Shown here piece by piece: positions 47,401 to 55,484 of a stretch of 64,000 bases of DNA. Source of the DNA: an uncultured Myxococcales bacterium (GTDB lineage Bacteria > Myxococcota_A > UBA9042); the NCBI GenBank assembly GCA_903850505.1, contig CAINLT010000173.1, forward strand, positions 7,120 to 71,119. The letters run 5' to 3'. Each line of letters starts with the position of its first letter. Position 1 is the stretch's first letter. The position numbers were made by a program, and so were the translations under genes. A model generated the notes under the pieces. That model did no database searches. It worked only from the letters and a program-made list of their open reading frames with translations, and was not told where the DNA came from.

Positions 47401-50400
47401 AACTGCTACGGCAGCCAGAACGACCAGGACGCGCTCGGCAGCGTGCCGTTCTATCAGGATCTGGACGGCGACACGTACGGTTCCACGTTCTCGGCCAAGT
47501 TCTGCTCGCCGAGCGGCACGTACACCGCGACCAACAGCGCGGATTGCGACGACTCCAAGAAGGCCGTCAATCCGGCCGCGACGGAGATCTGCGACAACCT
47601 CGACAACAACTGCAACGGCACGACCGATGAAGGTTGCGACGACGACCTGGACGGCCAATGCGACGCCAACATGAAGTTCAGCGGTCCGGTCGCCATTTGC
47701 CCGAACGGCAGCGGCGACTGCGACGACACCAACCCGGCGGTCTTCAAGGGCAAGAGTCAGGAAATCTGCGACAACATCGACGACAACTGCAACGGCAAGA
47801 CCGACGACGGCTGCGATGACGACAAGGACGGCTACTGCGATGCCGCCTACACCGTCATCACGCCGCTGCCGACCATCTGCCCGAAGGGCGCCGGCGACTG
47901 CGACGACCTCAACAGCGACCAGAACCCCGGCGCGACGGAAGTCTGCGGCAACAACATCGACGACAACTGCAACGGCAGCCAGAACGACCTGAACGCGGCC
48001 GGTTGCACGACGTACTACTTCGACGGCGACAGTGACACCTATGGTCTCAGCGGTTCGACCGGCAAGTGCCTGTGCACGGTGTCCGGTTCGTACAAAGCGA
48101 CCAAGCTGGGCGACTGCGACGAGACCAGCGCGGCGATCAATCCGGCCGCGACGGAGATCTGCGACGGCAAGGACAACAACTGCGACGGCACGATCGACGA
48201 GAACGGCGCGACGGGCTGCACGGTGCGTTACTACGACGGCGACAACGACGGCTACGGCATCAGCCTGAGCGCGTGCACCTGCGCCTCGAACGCGCCGTAC
48301 ACCGCCAGCCAGACCGGCGACTGCGATGACACCAACGCCAACATGAACCCGGGCAAGCCCGAGAAGTGCGACAACATCGACAACAACTGCAACAGCAAGG
48401 TCGATGAAGGCTGCAACAAGGACGGCGACAAGTTCTGCGACATCGCGATGACCGTCGTGGGCACGCCCAACGTGTGCATCCTCGGCGGCGGCGACTGCGA
48501 CGACACCGATCCGAACACCAACCCCGGCGGCAATGAAATCTGCGACGGCAAGGACAACAACTGCAGCGCGGGCAGCGGCCCGGCGGTTGACGTGGCGATT
48601 TCGACCACCGGCAACAGCAACGCCCTGTCGAACTTCGTGGTCCAGTCCCTCGTCGCGACCCACAGCGGCGCGCTTGGCACGGTGGACCTCTACGTGAAGA
48701 GCACGGTCGTTCAGGCTATCGACATGTACGTCTACACCGGCGGCTTGCCGGGTGCGGGCGGCACGCTGCTCGGTTCCAAGGTGACCATCTCGCTGGCCAA
48801 CACATCGGGTGCGTTCAGCAAGTTCACGTTCACCGCCTCGGCCGGCACCAACATCGTCCAGGGCGCGACGTACTACGTCGTCTTCAACTGCCCGGCGCCG
48901 ATCGGCAGCCCGACCGTTGAAGATTCGCCGACGTCCGGAGCCACGACCAACCCGTACGCCAGCGGCCAGTCCTGGTACGCCGGCACGCTCACGGGCGCCT
49001 ACACGCTGCTGGGCAGCGGCAACACTGACTTGCACATGACGTCGAACGTCTCCGCCGGCACCGGCATCGATGAAGGCTGTGACGACGACGCGGATCTGTA
49101 CTGCGACGCCAACATGACGACCGTCGGCACGCCCGCGGTCTGCCCGAAGGGCGGCGGCGACTGCAACGACACCAACGCGGCGATCAACCCCGGCGCGCCG
49201 GAAGTTTGCGGCAACACGGTCGATGAGAACTGCTCCGGCGGCTACAACGACGTCAACGCCCAGGGCTGCACGCAGTTCTTCGCGGACTACGACGGTGACA
49301 CCTACGGCAAGGGCTCGAGCTCGTTCCAGAAGGCCGTCATCAACGAGATCCACTACTCGACGACGACGTTCGCTGGCTCGACGGCTCAGGATTCCATGGA
49401 AATCCTCGTCACGGCTGACTGGACCATCACCGACCTGGCGACGATCTACTTCGGCGATTCGTCGTCCACCGGCGCGTCCAAGGTTGGTGCTTTCCACCTG
49501 AACCTGGGTTCGCTCGGCATCACGACCCTCAAGGCCGGCACGATCATCAACGTCGGCGGCAAGGGCATCATCGGCACAGAAGACACGGCGTACAACCCGG
49601 CGACCGGCGACTGGAACTTGCAGCTCTACACCGACGGCGCCTATGTGCTCACCGACGCGAGCGGCGGCGACTTCGCTGGCGCGGACGTGGCGTGGGTCGA
49701 CACGAGCTTCAGCGGCACGACGTCCATCGACTCATGGGCGTGGTCGACTGCCAAGCCCGGCTTCGCCAAGGCGCAGATCAACACTGCCCCGACCGTGGCT
49801 GTGCCGTACGTCCAGTTCACTGGCGATATTTCAGGCGTCGACGTGGCGACCAACTACGTGGCCAGCGGCGCGGGCACACCCGGCCAGCCGAACGGCGGCA
49901 AGAACACTTCGTTCATCACGTTCCTGCGCACGCTGTCGCTCAGCGGCGCGGGTCAGTGCCTGTGCACCGGCGTGGCGCCGTACACCACCAACAAGGGCGG
50001 CGACTGCGACGACGGCAACTACCTGGCGAGCCCCGGTCTGCCGGAACTCTGCGACGGCATCGACAACAACTGCAACGGCATCGCCGATGAAGGTTGCGAC
50101 GACGACGGCGACGGCTACTGCGATTCGACCATGACGACCATTGGCTCGCCGAGCATCTGCCCCAACGGCGGCGGCGACTGCAACGACACCAACAGCGCCA
50201 TTCACCCGAACGCGACCGATATCTGTGGCAACGCCACGGACTTCAACTGCGACGGCGTCGCCGGCAGCGTCGGCGGCAGCGGCTGCATCAACTACTACTG
50301 GGACGGCGACTCCGATGGCGTCGGCGTCAATGTTTCGCAGTGCGTCTGCGTGGCGACCGGCAAGTACACCTCGCTCCTCAACACGGACTGCGACGACACC

Positions 50401-53400
50401 AACGCCAACATCAGCCCGCTGAAGACCGAGAACTGCGCGACCGCGTATGACGACAACTGCAACGGCTCGACCAATGACGTCAACGCCACCAACTGCATTC
50501 CTTTCTACAAGGACGCGGACCTGGACGGCTATGGCGCCAACAGCGCGGCGAATCAGTGCCAGTGCACGGCGCAGGGCCAATACGTCGCTTCGGCGGCGGG
50601 CGACTGCGACGACACCAAGGCGTCGATCAACCCCGGCGCCACGGAAATCTGCGACGGAATCGACAACAACTGCAACGTTGCCGGCGGTACGACGTACTAC
50701 GCTGACGTGACGCAGCCGGTCTCGACGACGATCACCCACTCGCTGACCAACTTCGTCGGTCAGACGTTCGTCGCGCAGCACACCGGTCAGCTGAGCAGCG
50801 TGGACGTGTACGTGAAGACGACGCAGACCATCAACCTGGACATGTTCGTCTACACCCTCGGTCTCCCGACCGCGGGCGGCGTGCAGCTTGGCACGACCCA
50901 GACCATCTCGGTGCCGACGTATGCTTCGGCGACCAAGGTGACGTTCACCATCTCCGGCACGATCAACGTGACGGCGGGCGCGACGTACGGGTTGATGTTC
51001 CACACGACCACCGCGACGGGTCAGCTGATCTCGGACAACAACACCAATCCGTATGCCAGTGGTACGGAGTCGTACGCGAGCACGCTGACGGGCGCCTACA
51101 CGGCGTACGCCGGTCCGGCGGACTTGCAGATCAACATCAACGTCGGGGTCACGAGCGCCGGTACGACGGTTGACGAAGGCTGCGATGACGACGCGGATCT
51201 GTACTGCGACGCGACGATGTACATCACCTCGGCGGCGACGTGCACGAAGTCCAGCAAGCCCGCCGTGGGCAGCACGAAGCTCGGCGACGACTGCAACGAC
51301 AACGCGGCGTCGGCGAATCCGGGCGGCACGGAAATCTGCGACGGCATCGACAACAACTGCGATGGCGTGACGGACGACGGTTGCGACGCGGACAAGGACG
51401 GCTACTGCGCCACGACCAAGACGGTCGTCGCGGGCGGCTTCGGCGCGGGCACGGCTTGCTTCAACCAGGCCTCGGCTGGCGTTGGCACGGACTGCAACGA
51501 CGCGAACTCGTCGGTGTACCCGGGCAAGACTGAAATCTGCGACGGCATCGACAACAACTGCAACAGCACGACGGACGAGCTCTGCGACAAGGACGGCGAC
51601 AAGTACTGCGACGCCGCCATGACCACCGTGGGCAACCCGGCGGCGTGCGTGCTCGGCGGCGGCGACTGCAACGACGCCAGCGCGACAATCAACCCGGGCG
51701 CGGTCGAACTGTGCGACGGCGTCGACAACAACTGCATCGGTGGCACGGACGAAGGCTGCAACGATCTGGACGGCGACGGTTACTGCAACGGCGTCCAGAC
51801 CCCGGGCGGCAAGTGCCCCAATGGCGGCGGCGACTGCAATGACTCGAACGCGCTGGTCAACCCCGGCAAGTCCGAAGACTGCAGCACCTCGTACGACGAC
51901 AACTGCAATGGCCTGACCAACGAAGTCAACGCGGCGAACTGCAACTACTGGTTCGTCGATGCGGACCAGGACGGCTATGGCAGCTACCCGACGCTGCCGG
52001 TGTGCATGTGCCAGCAGTCGGCCGTTGGCGCTTCGCCGAACTACTCGGCGGCGATCGGTGGCGACTGCGATGACACCAAGGCCGCGGTCAACCCGGGCGC
52101 GACGGAAATCTGCGACGGCTTGGACAACAACTGCCAGGGTCCGAGCGCGGCGGACGTCACGGTTGCGGGCGCTCAGACGCTGACCGGTACGCTCTTTGTC
52201 GGCCAGACGTTCAAGGCTGTCGCGGCGGGTAACCTCGTCACGCTGTCGCTGAACTTCACGGCCAATACGGTCGCCACGGCTTCGGATTTGTACATCTACT
52301 CGACGCTCACCAATGGCGCGGCTCCCGGCACGTTGCTCGGCAAGTCGAGCGCGACGGTGCCGACGGGCGCTTCGACGGTGACCTACGCCATCGGCACGCA
52401 GGTGGCCATGACGGCGGGTACGACGTACGCGTTCGTGGTCAAGGTTCCGGCGACGGCGACCCTCCAGATCAGCACGGCGAATCCGTACGCCAATGGCACC
52501 GAGTTCACGGCGGCTACGCTCCTGGGCCTCTACACCGCGGTCGCGGCGAATGACGTCGCGTTCACGACCAAGGTGTCCACGGGCACCGGCATCGACGAAG
52601 GCTGCGACGCGGACGGTGACAAGCACTGCGCCGCCGGCAAGCTGATGACCTCGACGGCGCTTTGCACCAGCAACAGCCCGTTCCCGACTGGTTCGACCAC
52701 GGCGACCGGCGACGACTGCAACGACAACAACGCCGCGGTCTACACGGGTGCGGTTGAAGTCTGCGACAACGTCGACAACAACTGCGTCGGCGGCATCGAT
52801 GAAATCTGCGACGTCGACAACGACGACTACTGCGCGAACACGGCCATCATGGCCAGCGGCGTGGTCGTCTCGACGTGCATCTCGTCGGGTACTGGTACGG
52901 GCGCGGTCGGCAATGACTGCAACGACGGCGCGGCCAACATCCACCCGGGTCCGGCGAGCGTTGAAGACTGCTCGACGCCGGGCGTGGACGAGAACTGCGA
53001 CGGCACCGACAACAACCAGAACGGCAAGAACTGCCTGACGTTCTACAACGACACGGACGGCGACGGCTGGGGCGTTGCTGCGCAGCCGCAGTGCTGGTGC
53101 CGCGCGACGGGCACGTACAGCTCGCAGACGATCAACGACTGCGACGACACGAATCCGGCCATCAAGGGCGGCGGCGTGACGGAAGTCTGCGACAACAAGG
53201 ACAATAACTGCAACGGCGTGACGGACGAAGGTTGCGACGACGACAAGGACGGCTACTGCGACGCGACGATGGCGAAGACTGCGGTCACCGTCACGGCGTG
53301 CGCGTTGACGCCGGCCGCGTCCTTGGTCGGCAACGACTGCGACGACACGACCAAGAACGTCAACCCGGGCATGACTGAAATGTGCGACGGCCTCGACAAC

Positions 53401-55104
53401 AACTGCAACGCGTCGATCGACGAGAACTGCGACAAGGACGGCGATCACTACTGCGACAAGAACCTTGTCACGGTTGGCACGCCGGCTGCTTGCAACCTCG
53501 GCGGCGGCGACTGCAATGACACGGTCGGCGCGACGGGCCTGAGCATCAATCCGGGCAAGGTCGAGCTTTGCGGCGACAACTTGGACAACAACTGCAACGG
53601 TGCGACGGACGAGCAGAACGCCAGCGGTTGCGTCAATTACTACTTTGACGGTGACCAGGACGGCTATCCGATCAATTCGTTCCAGTGCATGTGCGCCAAC
53701 AACCTGCAGAACCTGCTCTACACGGTTGCGCAGAACGGCTCGCTCTTGTTGGGCGGTACGCCCACGACGGGCACGACGCTGGACTGCAACGACAACCCGG
53801 CTGCTGGCGGCGCGGATGCCTTCCCGACGCACGCGGAATGGTGCGACGGCTTGGACAACAACTGCGTGAGCGGCGTCGACGAGCTCTGCGACAAGGACGG
53901 CGACCATTACTGCGACTCGGCCAAGGTCACCAAGGGCCTGCCCACGGTGTGCACGAGTGGTGGCGGTGACTGCAACGACTCGGTGGCTTCGGTCAACCCG
54001 GGCGCGACGGAAAGCTGCGACAACGTGGACCAGAACTGCAACGGCGTCATCGACGACAATGCGGCCAACTGGTGCACGTCCGGCGCGGGTCCCCTCTCCA
54101 ACGCGGCGAACAACGCCACGGTGGCGTGCACCGCCGGCGTCTGCCAAGTGACGGCGTGCGCGACCGGCTTCGCCAACACCAACGGCACGGCGCTGCCCTG
54201 CAACGCCGCGCAGGCTGGCTGCGCCGACGGCTGCGAGTGCAACGTCAACGACGCCTTTGAACCGGCCAACAATACCTGCCCGGGCGTCCAGCTTGCGCCG
54301 GCTCTGGGCAACACGTTGTCGGACCTTGGCAACCTGAACATGGGCGGCGGCAACTACGGTCAGAAGGCGACGATCTCGGGCTCGCTGATCCTGGGCACCG
54401 ACAACGACTGGTACTACTTCTACGCGGCTGACGCGGCGGACTATGGCGTGAACCTGCAGTACGATTTGTACACGGTCCGCGCGTGGTTCCCGTCCAACCC
54501 GACGAGCGCGGTCATGGAAGTTTACCGCGGCTCCTCCACGGCTCAGCTCTGCCCCGGCAGCGCTGGCGCCAACGCGGTGCAGTTCCAGAACGGTGCGGGC
54601 AAGCCTGCGTGGTTCACGCCGACTCCGTCCGGTTACGCTGCGCCGAGCTCGTCGACGCCGGCTGGCTGGAACCAGGTCTGCTGCGGTGACACCGACTTCT
54701 GGTGGTACACCTCTGGCAACACCTACCGCGGCGGTAGCTACCAGTTCTCGAACGCCTTGTCGGAGTACGGCGAGTTCCCGTGCTGGAGCGGCGACTCGTA
54801 TGACGTCGGCAACTGCCAGGCTTATCCGAACAACGGCAGCAACTGCTACAACGCGCCGACGACCGGTTACGCCGCGTACTGGTACGCCAACGCCTCGTAC
54901 ATCGCGCCCAACGCCTACACGGGCCACGGCGCGTTCCCGTACGGCTACGATTTGCGCCGCTGCGCGGATGACAGCGCGTGGTACGCGATTCACATCTACC
55001 GCCCGACCGGTACGGATGCGGCCGTCTGCGCGCCGTACAGCTTGGAAGTGTCCAACGGTCTGTATCCTGCCCAGCGCAACGATCAGGGCCGCAGCGGCTG
55101 GTAA
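41464..55104 (+). CDS. Giant (about 4546 aa) cysteine-rich repeat surface lipoprotein
   Basis: A GAGG RBS lies 6 nt upstream of ATG 41464. Lipobox LLTAGLAGCAG. The N-terminal third carries C..D.DCDDG..CT.D.C-type repeats. I counted about 30 units with the core C(D/N)G.DNNC.G..DEGCDDDGDGYCD, like the putative metal-binding MopE-type motif (PF11617, from memory). A PPC-like domain lies near the C-terminus (FEPANNTCPG...DNDWYYFYA). GC3 is high throughout. Confidence 0.85.
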   Translation: MRNQHIARMCSPGLSTAHRTQDERSSKRFGLGFAKFGAFLALSLLTAGLAGCAGQTPSTEKPATPDVAIGVDAEFGVETFALTTPTIAVTAPANQAAFPVSTNAGTTNVDYTYSTTNYTGNEVHCYVDGILFGTFTVGSPVTFTGLKKGGHTLACVLLDATGQDLFDATGAAQGVRQVKITAPCGKDLDCDDGDACTGEYCQAGTCVVQIVPNCCTSNFDCSAGSNCINPNTQNSQCSACLTDANCDDGDACSTDKCDLSGVKGVCTHNKSDPNCCTKATDACSDGKPCTTDACVLPSGGGIGTCNHVQPAGACCADSECASDDVCKVGGCIAFQCRYTADSYFKPDCCSATSNTTCDDKNACTKDACATAMPGGWTQCTHSKTDPNCCDPLVDLCDDGQPCTLDKCVNNQCTHTKNTECCQNNAMCDDNNLCTNDSCDVPNQFCHHDAVAGCCNINKECDDGLYCTSDYCDAPINTCKHVGLFNGCCDIDTDCNDGKYCTADVCVNHQCLGLPITGCCDSNNAASACNDKLFCTIDSCDLTQHTCVNVPNGDSTCCDSGAACDDGDCSTNDACDSTNHCTHKANPYACKVDLDCDDGAPCTQDVCNLNADGCGACTHPLIENCCTTDAYCAAADKAINPYLATCHTATCDPSTHFCAFGVKADCCLSDKDALTKCDDSNPCTVEYCQNNQCRHSTPATGCCTNDAACDDGVSCSADKCNITAGQPTGTCQYVLTPPCAICTPTNLASFDDANKCTADTCVNGVPTHTPIAGCCLDKTDCDDGKACTADACIANTCYHTDTVAGVSVCCNPLNEATECASFNSDCTQGKCLQQTDGTLACQATKKAACTVNLSYCQDFSQSSDLSTLGWDPTNVSGTAASNWNTATTGNLGPDRFAQFNWTPTKVGYDTCLQSPVFLGSGTSAITIQYDREFIPNVGETGIRILGSLDGTYADWQTATVIDSFTTTSGVGPETVDLKLPASLVGSNGLRLAFCVSGTSTFNLSSYAIDNVCVVKGGAPVITACPANQVVPTGTKIILPIKVKDPDAGDVVTATLTGAPSFIVGSQMNYYFVDKSWNGTITIAPTGVQDVGEYTLGLKVSDGYLYHTCTFKVTVTYQGGVLIWRPTEVPIAMSDPVKAALVKQGQINQVISDLALYPSLNKFASVFVLLGNYPDNHVLSESETTSLKLYLAQGGKVYMEGGDTFMYDPKTTLHPFFKAKGVLDEAPNGVTGPLTGYAAFANNTVNPSTNMQWNFNQDSTYDNLNDQIASDTSVQRTRDLLVNTGIEKFTVMVGHDDLTSKYRTIASSVPFAGIMANTDTPDTMMKAILAFFANGFGTCVKNSDCNDGNSCTADTCTAGECSNSNTCLCGGDTALGCGESAAKIVTNGGASTNAVTTYTCDPTNTYLGHEVAFTYKSAQSRPVTVTLNNVSDPTARLFIIKATSKGCDPDGCVGFGGVSNTVTFAAGKDQLYYFVVDVAGESAAATFDIVVSCDAGENCTNALDDNGNNLTDCADPASCCGDPACAKEICDGIDNNCNGTVDEGCDDDGDGYCDAAYIVKGTPAVCFAGVGDCNDNDSTVNPGMPEICGNGKDDNCINGQDEENASGCVQYYRDVDSDTFGAGTAKCLCAPNGQYKATKSGDCNDANVDVNPSVAETCATTYDDNCDGNANDQGALGCSNFYTDIDSDGYGTSPFTCQCLPSGLLTATKPGDCQDADANVNPGSPEKCNNLDDNCNGQTDEGCDDDGDKYCDASMAYDSTKAPILVCPSGPGDTDDTDPSINPAGQEICDGKDNNSNAQVDEGCDDDGDGYCDANMYTIGKPPVCPSGGNDCDDTAPSINPGMQEDCGTPYDDNCNGSNNDQNAKDCQPFFFDADSDKWGTNSSKCLCVPLNQYKAINPGDCNESDPAINPGAAEICDGIDNNCDKVIDEGCDVDGDGYCHTGATVVGNPTVCKNGINDCDDTNPNVNPGKAEICGNGKDDNCYGSQNDQDALGSVPFYQDLDGDTYGSTFSAKFCSPSGTYTATNSADCDDSKKAVNPAATEICDNLDNNCNGTTDEGCDDDLDGQCDANMKFSGPVAICPNGSGDCDDTNPAVFKGKSQEICDNIDDNCNGKTDDGCDDDKDGYCDAAYTVITPLPTICPKGAGDCDDLNSDQNPGATEVCGNNIDDNCNGSQNDLNAAGCTTYYFDGDSDTYGLSGSTGKCLCTVSGSYKATKLGDCDETSAAINPAATEICDGKDNNCDGTIDENGATGCTVRYYDGDNDGYGISLSACTCASNAPYTASQTGDCDDTNANMNPGKPEKCDNIDNNCNSKVDEGCNKDGDKFCDIAMTVVGTPNVCILGGGDCDDTDPNTNPGGNEICDGKDNNCSAGSGPAVDVAISTTGNSNALSNFVVQSLVATHSGALGTVDLYVKSTVVQAIDMYVYTGGLPGAGGTLLGSKVTISLANTSGAFSKFTFTASAGTNIVQGATYYVVFNCPAPIGSPTVEDSPTSGATTNPYASGQSWYAGTLTGAYTLLGSGNTDLHMTSNVSAGTGIDEGCDDDADLYCDANMTTVGTPAVCPKGGGDCNDTNAAINPGAPEVCGNTVDENCSGGYNDVNAQGCTQFFADYDGDTYGKGSSSFQKAVINEIHYSTTTFAGSTAQDSMEILVTADWTITDLATIYFGDSSSTGASKVGAFHLNLGSLGITTLKAGTIINVGGKGIIGTEDTAYNPATGDWNLQLYTDGAYVLTDASGGDFAGADVAWVDTSFSGTTSIDSWAWSTAKPGFAKAQINTAPTVAVPYVQFTGDISGVDVATNYVASGAGTPGQPNGGKNTSFITFLRTLSLSGAGQCLCTGVAPYTTNKGGDCDDGNYLASPGLPELCDGIDNNCNGIADEGCDDDGDGYCDSTMTTIGSPSICPNGGGDCNDTNSAIHPNATDICGNATDFNCDGVAGSVGGSGCINYYWDGDSDGVGVNVSQCVCVATGKYTSLLNTDCDDTNANISPLKTENCATAYDDNCNGSTNDVNATNCIPFYKDADLDGYGANSAANQCQCTAQGQYVASAAGDCDDTKASINPGATEICDGIDNNCNVAGGTTYYADVTQPVSTTITHSLTNFVGQTFVAQHTGQLSSVDVYVKTTQTINLDMFVYTLGLPTAGGVQLGTTQTISVPTYASATKVTFTISGTINVTAGATYGLMFHTTTATGQLISDNNTNPYASGTESYASTLTGAYTAYAGPADLQININVGVTSAGTTVDEGCDDDADLYCDATMYITSAATCTKSSKPAVGSTKLGDDCNDNAASANPGGTEICDGIDNNCDGVTDDGCDADKDGYCATTKTVVAGGFGAGTACFNQASAGVGTDCNDANSSVYPGKTEICDGIDNNCNSTTDELCDKDGDKYCDAAMTTVGNPAACVLGGGDCNDASATINPGAVELCDGVDNNCIGGTDEGCNDLDGDGYCNGVQTPGGKCPNGGGDCNDSNALVNPGKSEDCSTSYDDNCNGLTNEVNAANCNYWFVDADQDGYGSYPTLPVCMCQQSAVGASPNYSAAIGGDCDDTKAAVNPGATEICDGLDNNCQGPSAADVTVAGAQTLTGTLFVGQTFKAVAAGNLVTLSLNFTANTVATASDLYIYSTLTNGAAPGTLLGKSSATVPTGASTVTYAIGTQVAMTAGTTYAFVVKVPATATLQISTANPYANGTEFTAATLLGLYTAVAANDVAFTTKVSTGTGIDEGCDADGDKHCAAGKLMTSTALCTSNSPFPTGSTTATGDDCNDNNAAVYTGAVEVCDNVDNNCVGGIDEICDVDNDDYCANTAIMASGVVVSTCISSGTGTGAVGNDCNDGAANIHPGPASVEDCSTPGVDENCDGTDNNQNGKNCLTFYNDTDGDGWGVAAQPQCWCRATGTYSSQTINDCDDTNPAIKGGGVTEVCDNKDNNCNGVTDEGCDDDKDGYCDATMAKTAVTVTACALTPAASLVGNDCDDTTKNVNPGMTEMCDGLDNNCNASIDENCDKDGDHYCDKNLVTVGTPAACNLGGGDCNDTVGATGLSINPGKVELCGDNLDNNCNGATDEQNASGCVNYYFDGDQDGYPINSFQCMCANNLQNLLYTVAQNGSLLLGGTPTTGTTLDCNDNPAAGGADAFPTHAEWCDGLDNNCVSGVDELCDKDGDHYCDSAKVTKGLPTVCTSGGGDCNDSVASVNPGATESCDNVDQNCNGVIDDNAANWCTSGAGPLSNAANNATVACTAGVCQVTACATGFANTNGTALPCNAAQAGCADGCECNVNDAFEPANNTCPGVQLAPALGNTLSDLGNLNMGGGNYGQKATISGSLILGTDNDWYYFYAADAADYGVNLQYDLYTVRAWFPSNPTSAVMEVYRGSSTAQLCPGSAGANAVQFQNGAGKPAWFTPTPSGYAAPSSSTPAGWNQVCCGDTDFWWYTSGNTYRGGSYQFSNALSEYGEFPCWSGDSYDVGNCQAYPNNGSNCYNAPTTGYAAYWYANASYIAPNAYTGHGAFPYGYDLRRCADDSAWYAIHIYRPTGTDAAVCAPYSLEVSNGLYPAQRNDQGRSGW
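48570..49060 (+). repeat. Internal protein module copy 1 (about 160 aa, non-Cys, beta-rich) in giant gene
   Basis: ...NFVVQSLVATHSGALGTVDLYVKST...DMYVYTGGLPGAGGTLLG...GATYYVVF...TNPYASGQSWYAGTLTGAYT...GTGIDEGCDDDADLYCD. Boundaries are approximate. Confidence 0.6.
50680..51165 (+). repeat. Internal protein module copy 2
   Basis: ...NFVGQTFVAQHTGQLSSVDVYVKTT...DMFVYTLGLPTAGGVQLG...GATYGLMF...TNPYASGTESYASTLTGAYT...GTTVDEGCDDDADLYCD. Boundaries are approximate. Confidence 0.6.
52140..52590 (+). repeat. Internal protein module copy 3 (more diverged)
   Basis: ...LFVGQTFKAVAAGNLVTLSLNFTAN...DLYIYSTLTNGAAPGTLLG...GTTYAFVV...ANPYANGTEFTAATLLGLYT...GTGIDEGCDADGDKHC. Boundaries are approximate. Confidence 0.55.
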
Positions 55105-55108
55105 GAGA

Positions 55109-55164
55109 AAGCGACGCCGCTCCTGGCCCGCGCGCTTTGCGGTCCAGGAGCGGCAGTTTCGCTT
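55109..55164 (+). terminator. Candidate rho-independent terminator of the giant gene
   Basis: It starts 5 nt after the TAA stop. An 11-bp stem GCCGCTCCTGG / CCAGGAGCGGC is extended by an outer AAGCGA / TCGCTT pairing. The tail is T-containing (AGTTTCGCTT). Confidence 0.5.
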
Positions 55165-55230
55165 GACGTCCCCCTCCACACTCGGCGATGCTCCGCGCCC
55201 CGCACCGTGACTGGAGTGGGTGTGTTCAAC

Positions 55231-55288
55231 GGTGTCTGTTCAAGTAACGGGGAGTAGCGCAGTCCGGTAGCGCGCCTGCTTTGGGAGC
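55231..55288 (+). pseudogene. Truncated copy of the tRNA-Pro 5' half plus 17 bp of its upstream flank
   Basis: This 58 bp is identical to 55353-55410. It covers the acceptor 5' strand, the D arm, the anticodon stem 5' strand and the loop with TGG. It then diverges, with no T arm or 3' acceptor strand. Confidence 0.75.
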
Positions 55289-55369
55289 GCAGTCTTGGCG
55301 TACCCCATCCCCCGCACCCCCTTCCCCGGAAGGGTAAGGGGGCCTGACCGAAGGTGTCTGTTCAAGTAA

Positions 55370-55446
<77 letters not shown>

Positions 55447-55484
55447 AAAATCGATTCTTGTGTGCGGCGGCGGACTTCGCCTTT

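Noticed and set aside
41608-49497. 2629-aa minus-strand ORF antisense to the giant gene. The same applies to 49831-55179 (-), 1782 aa.
   Set aside because: The products are Arg/Ala/Val/Gly-rich and low in complexity, with no motifs. The plus strand has a lipoprotein signal, a recognisable repeat family and strong GC3 bias. These are classic high-GC shadow ORFs.
55231-55352. First tRNA-Pro-like copy as a functional tRNA or intron-containing tRNA.
   Set aside because: After the anticodon loop the sequence lacks an anticodon-stem 3' strand, a T arm and a 3' acceptor strand. The 64-nt spacer is far too short for a group I intron.
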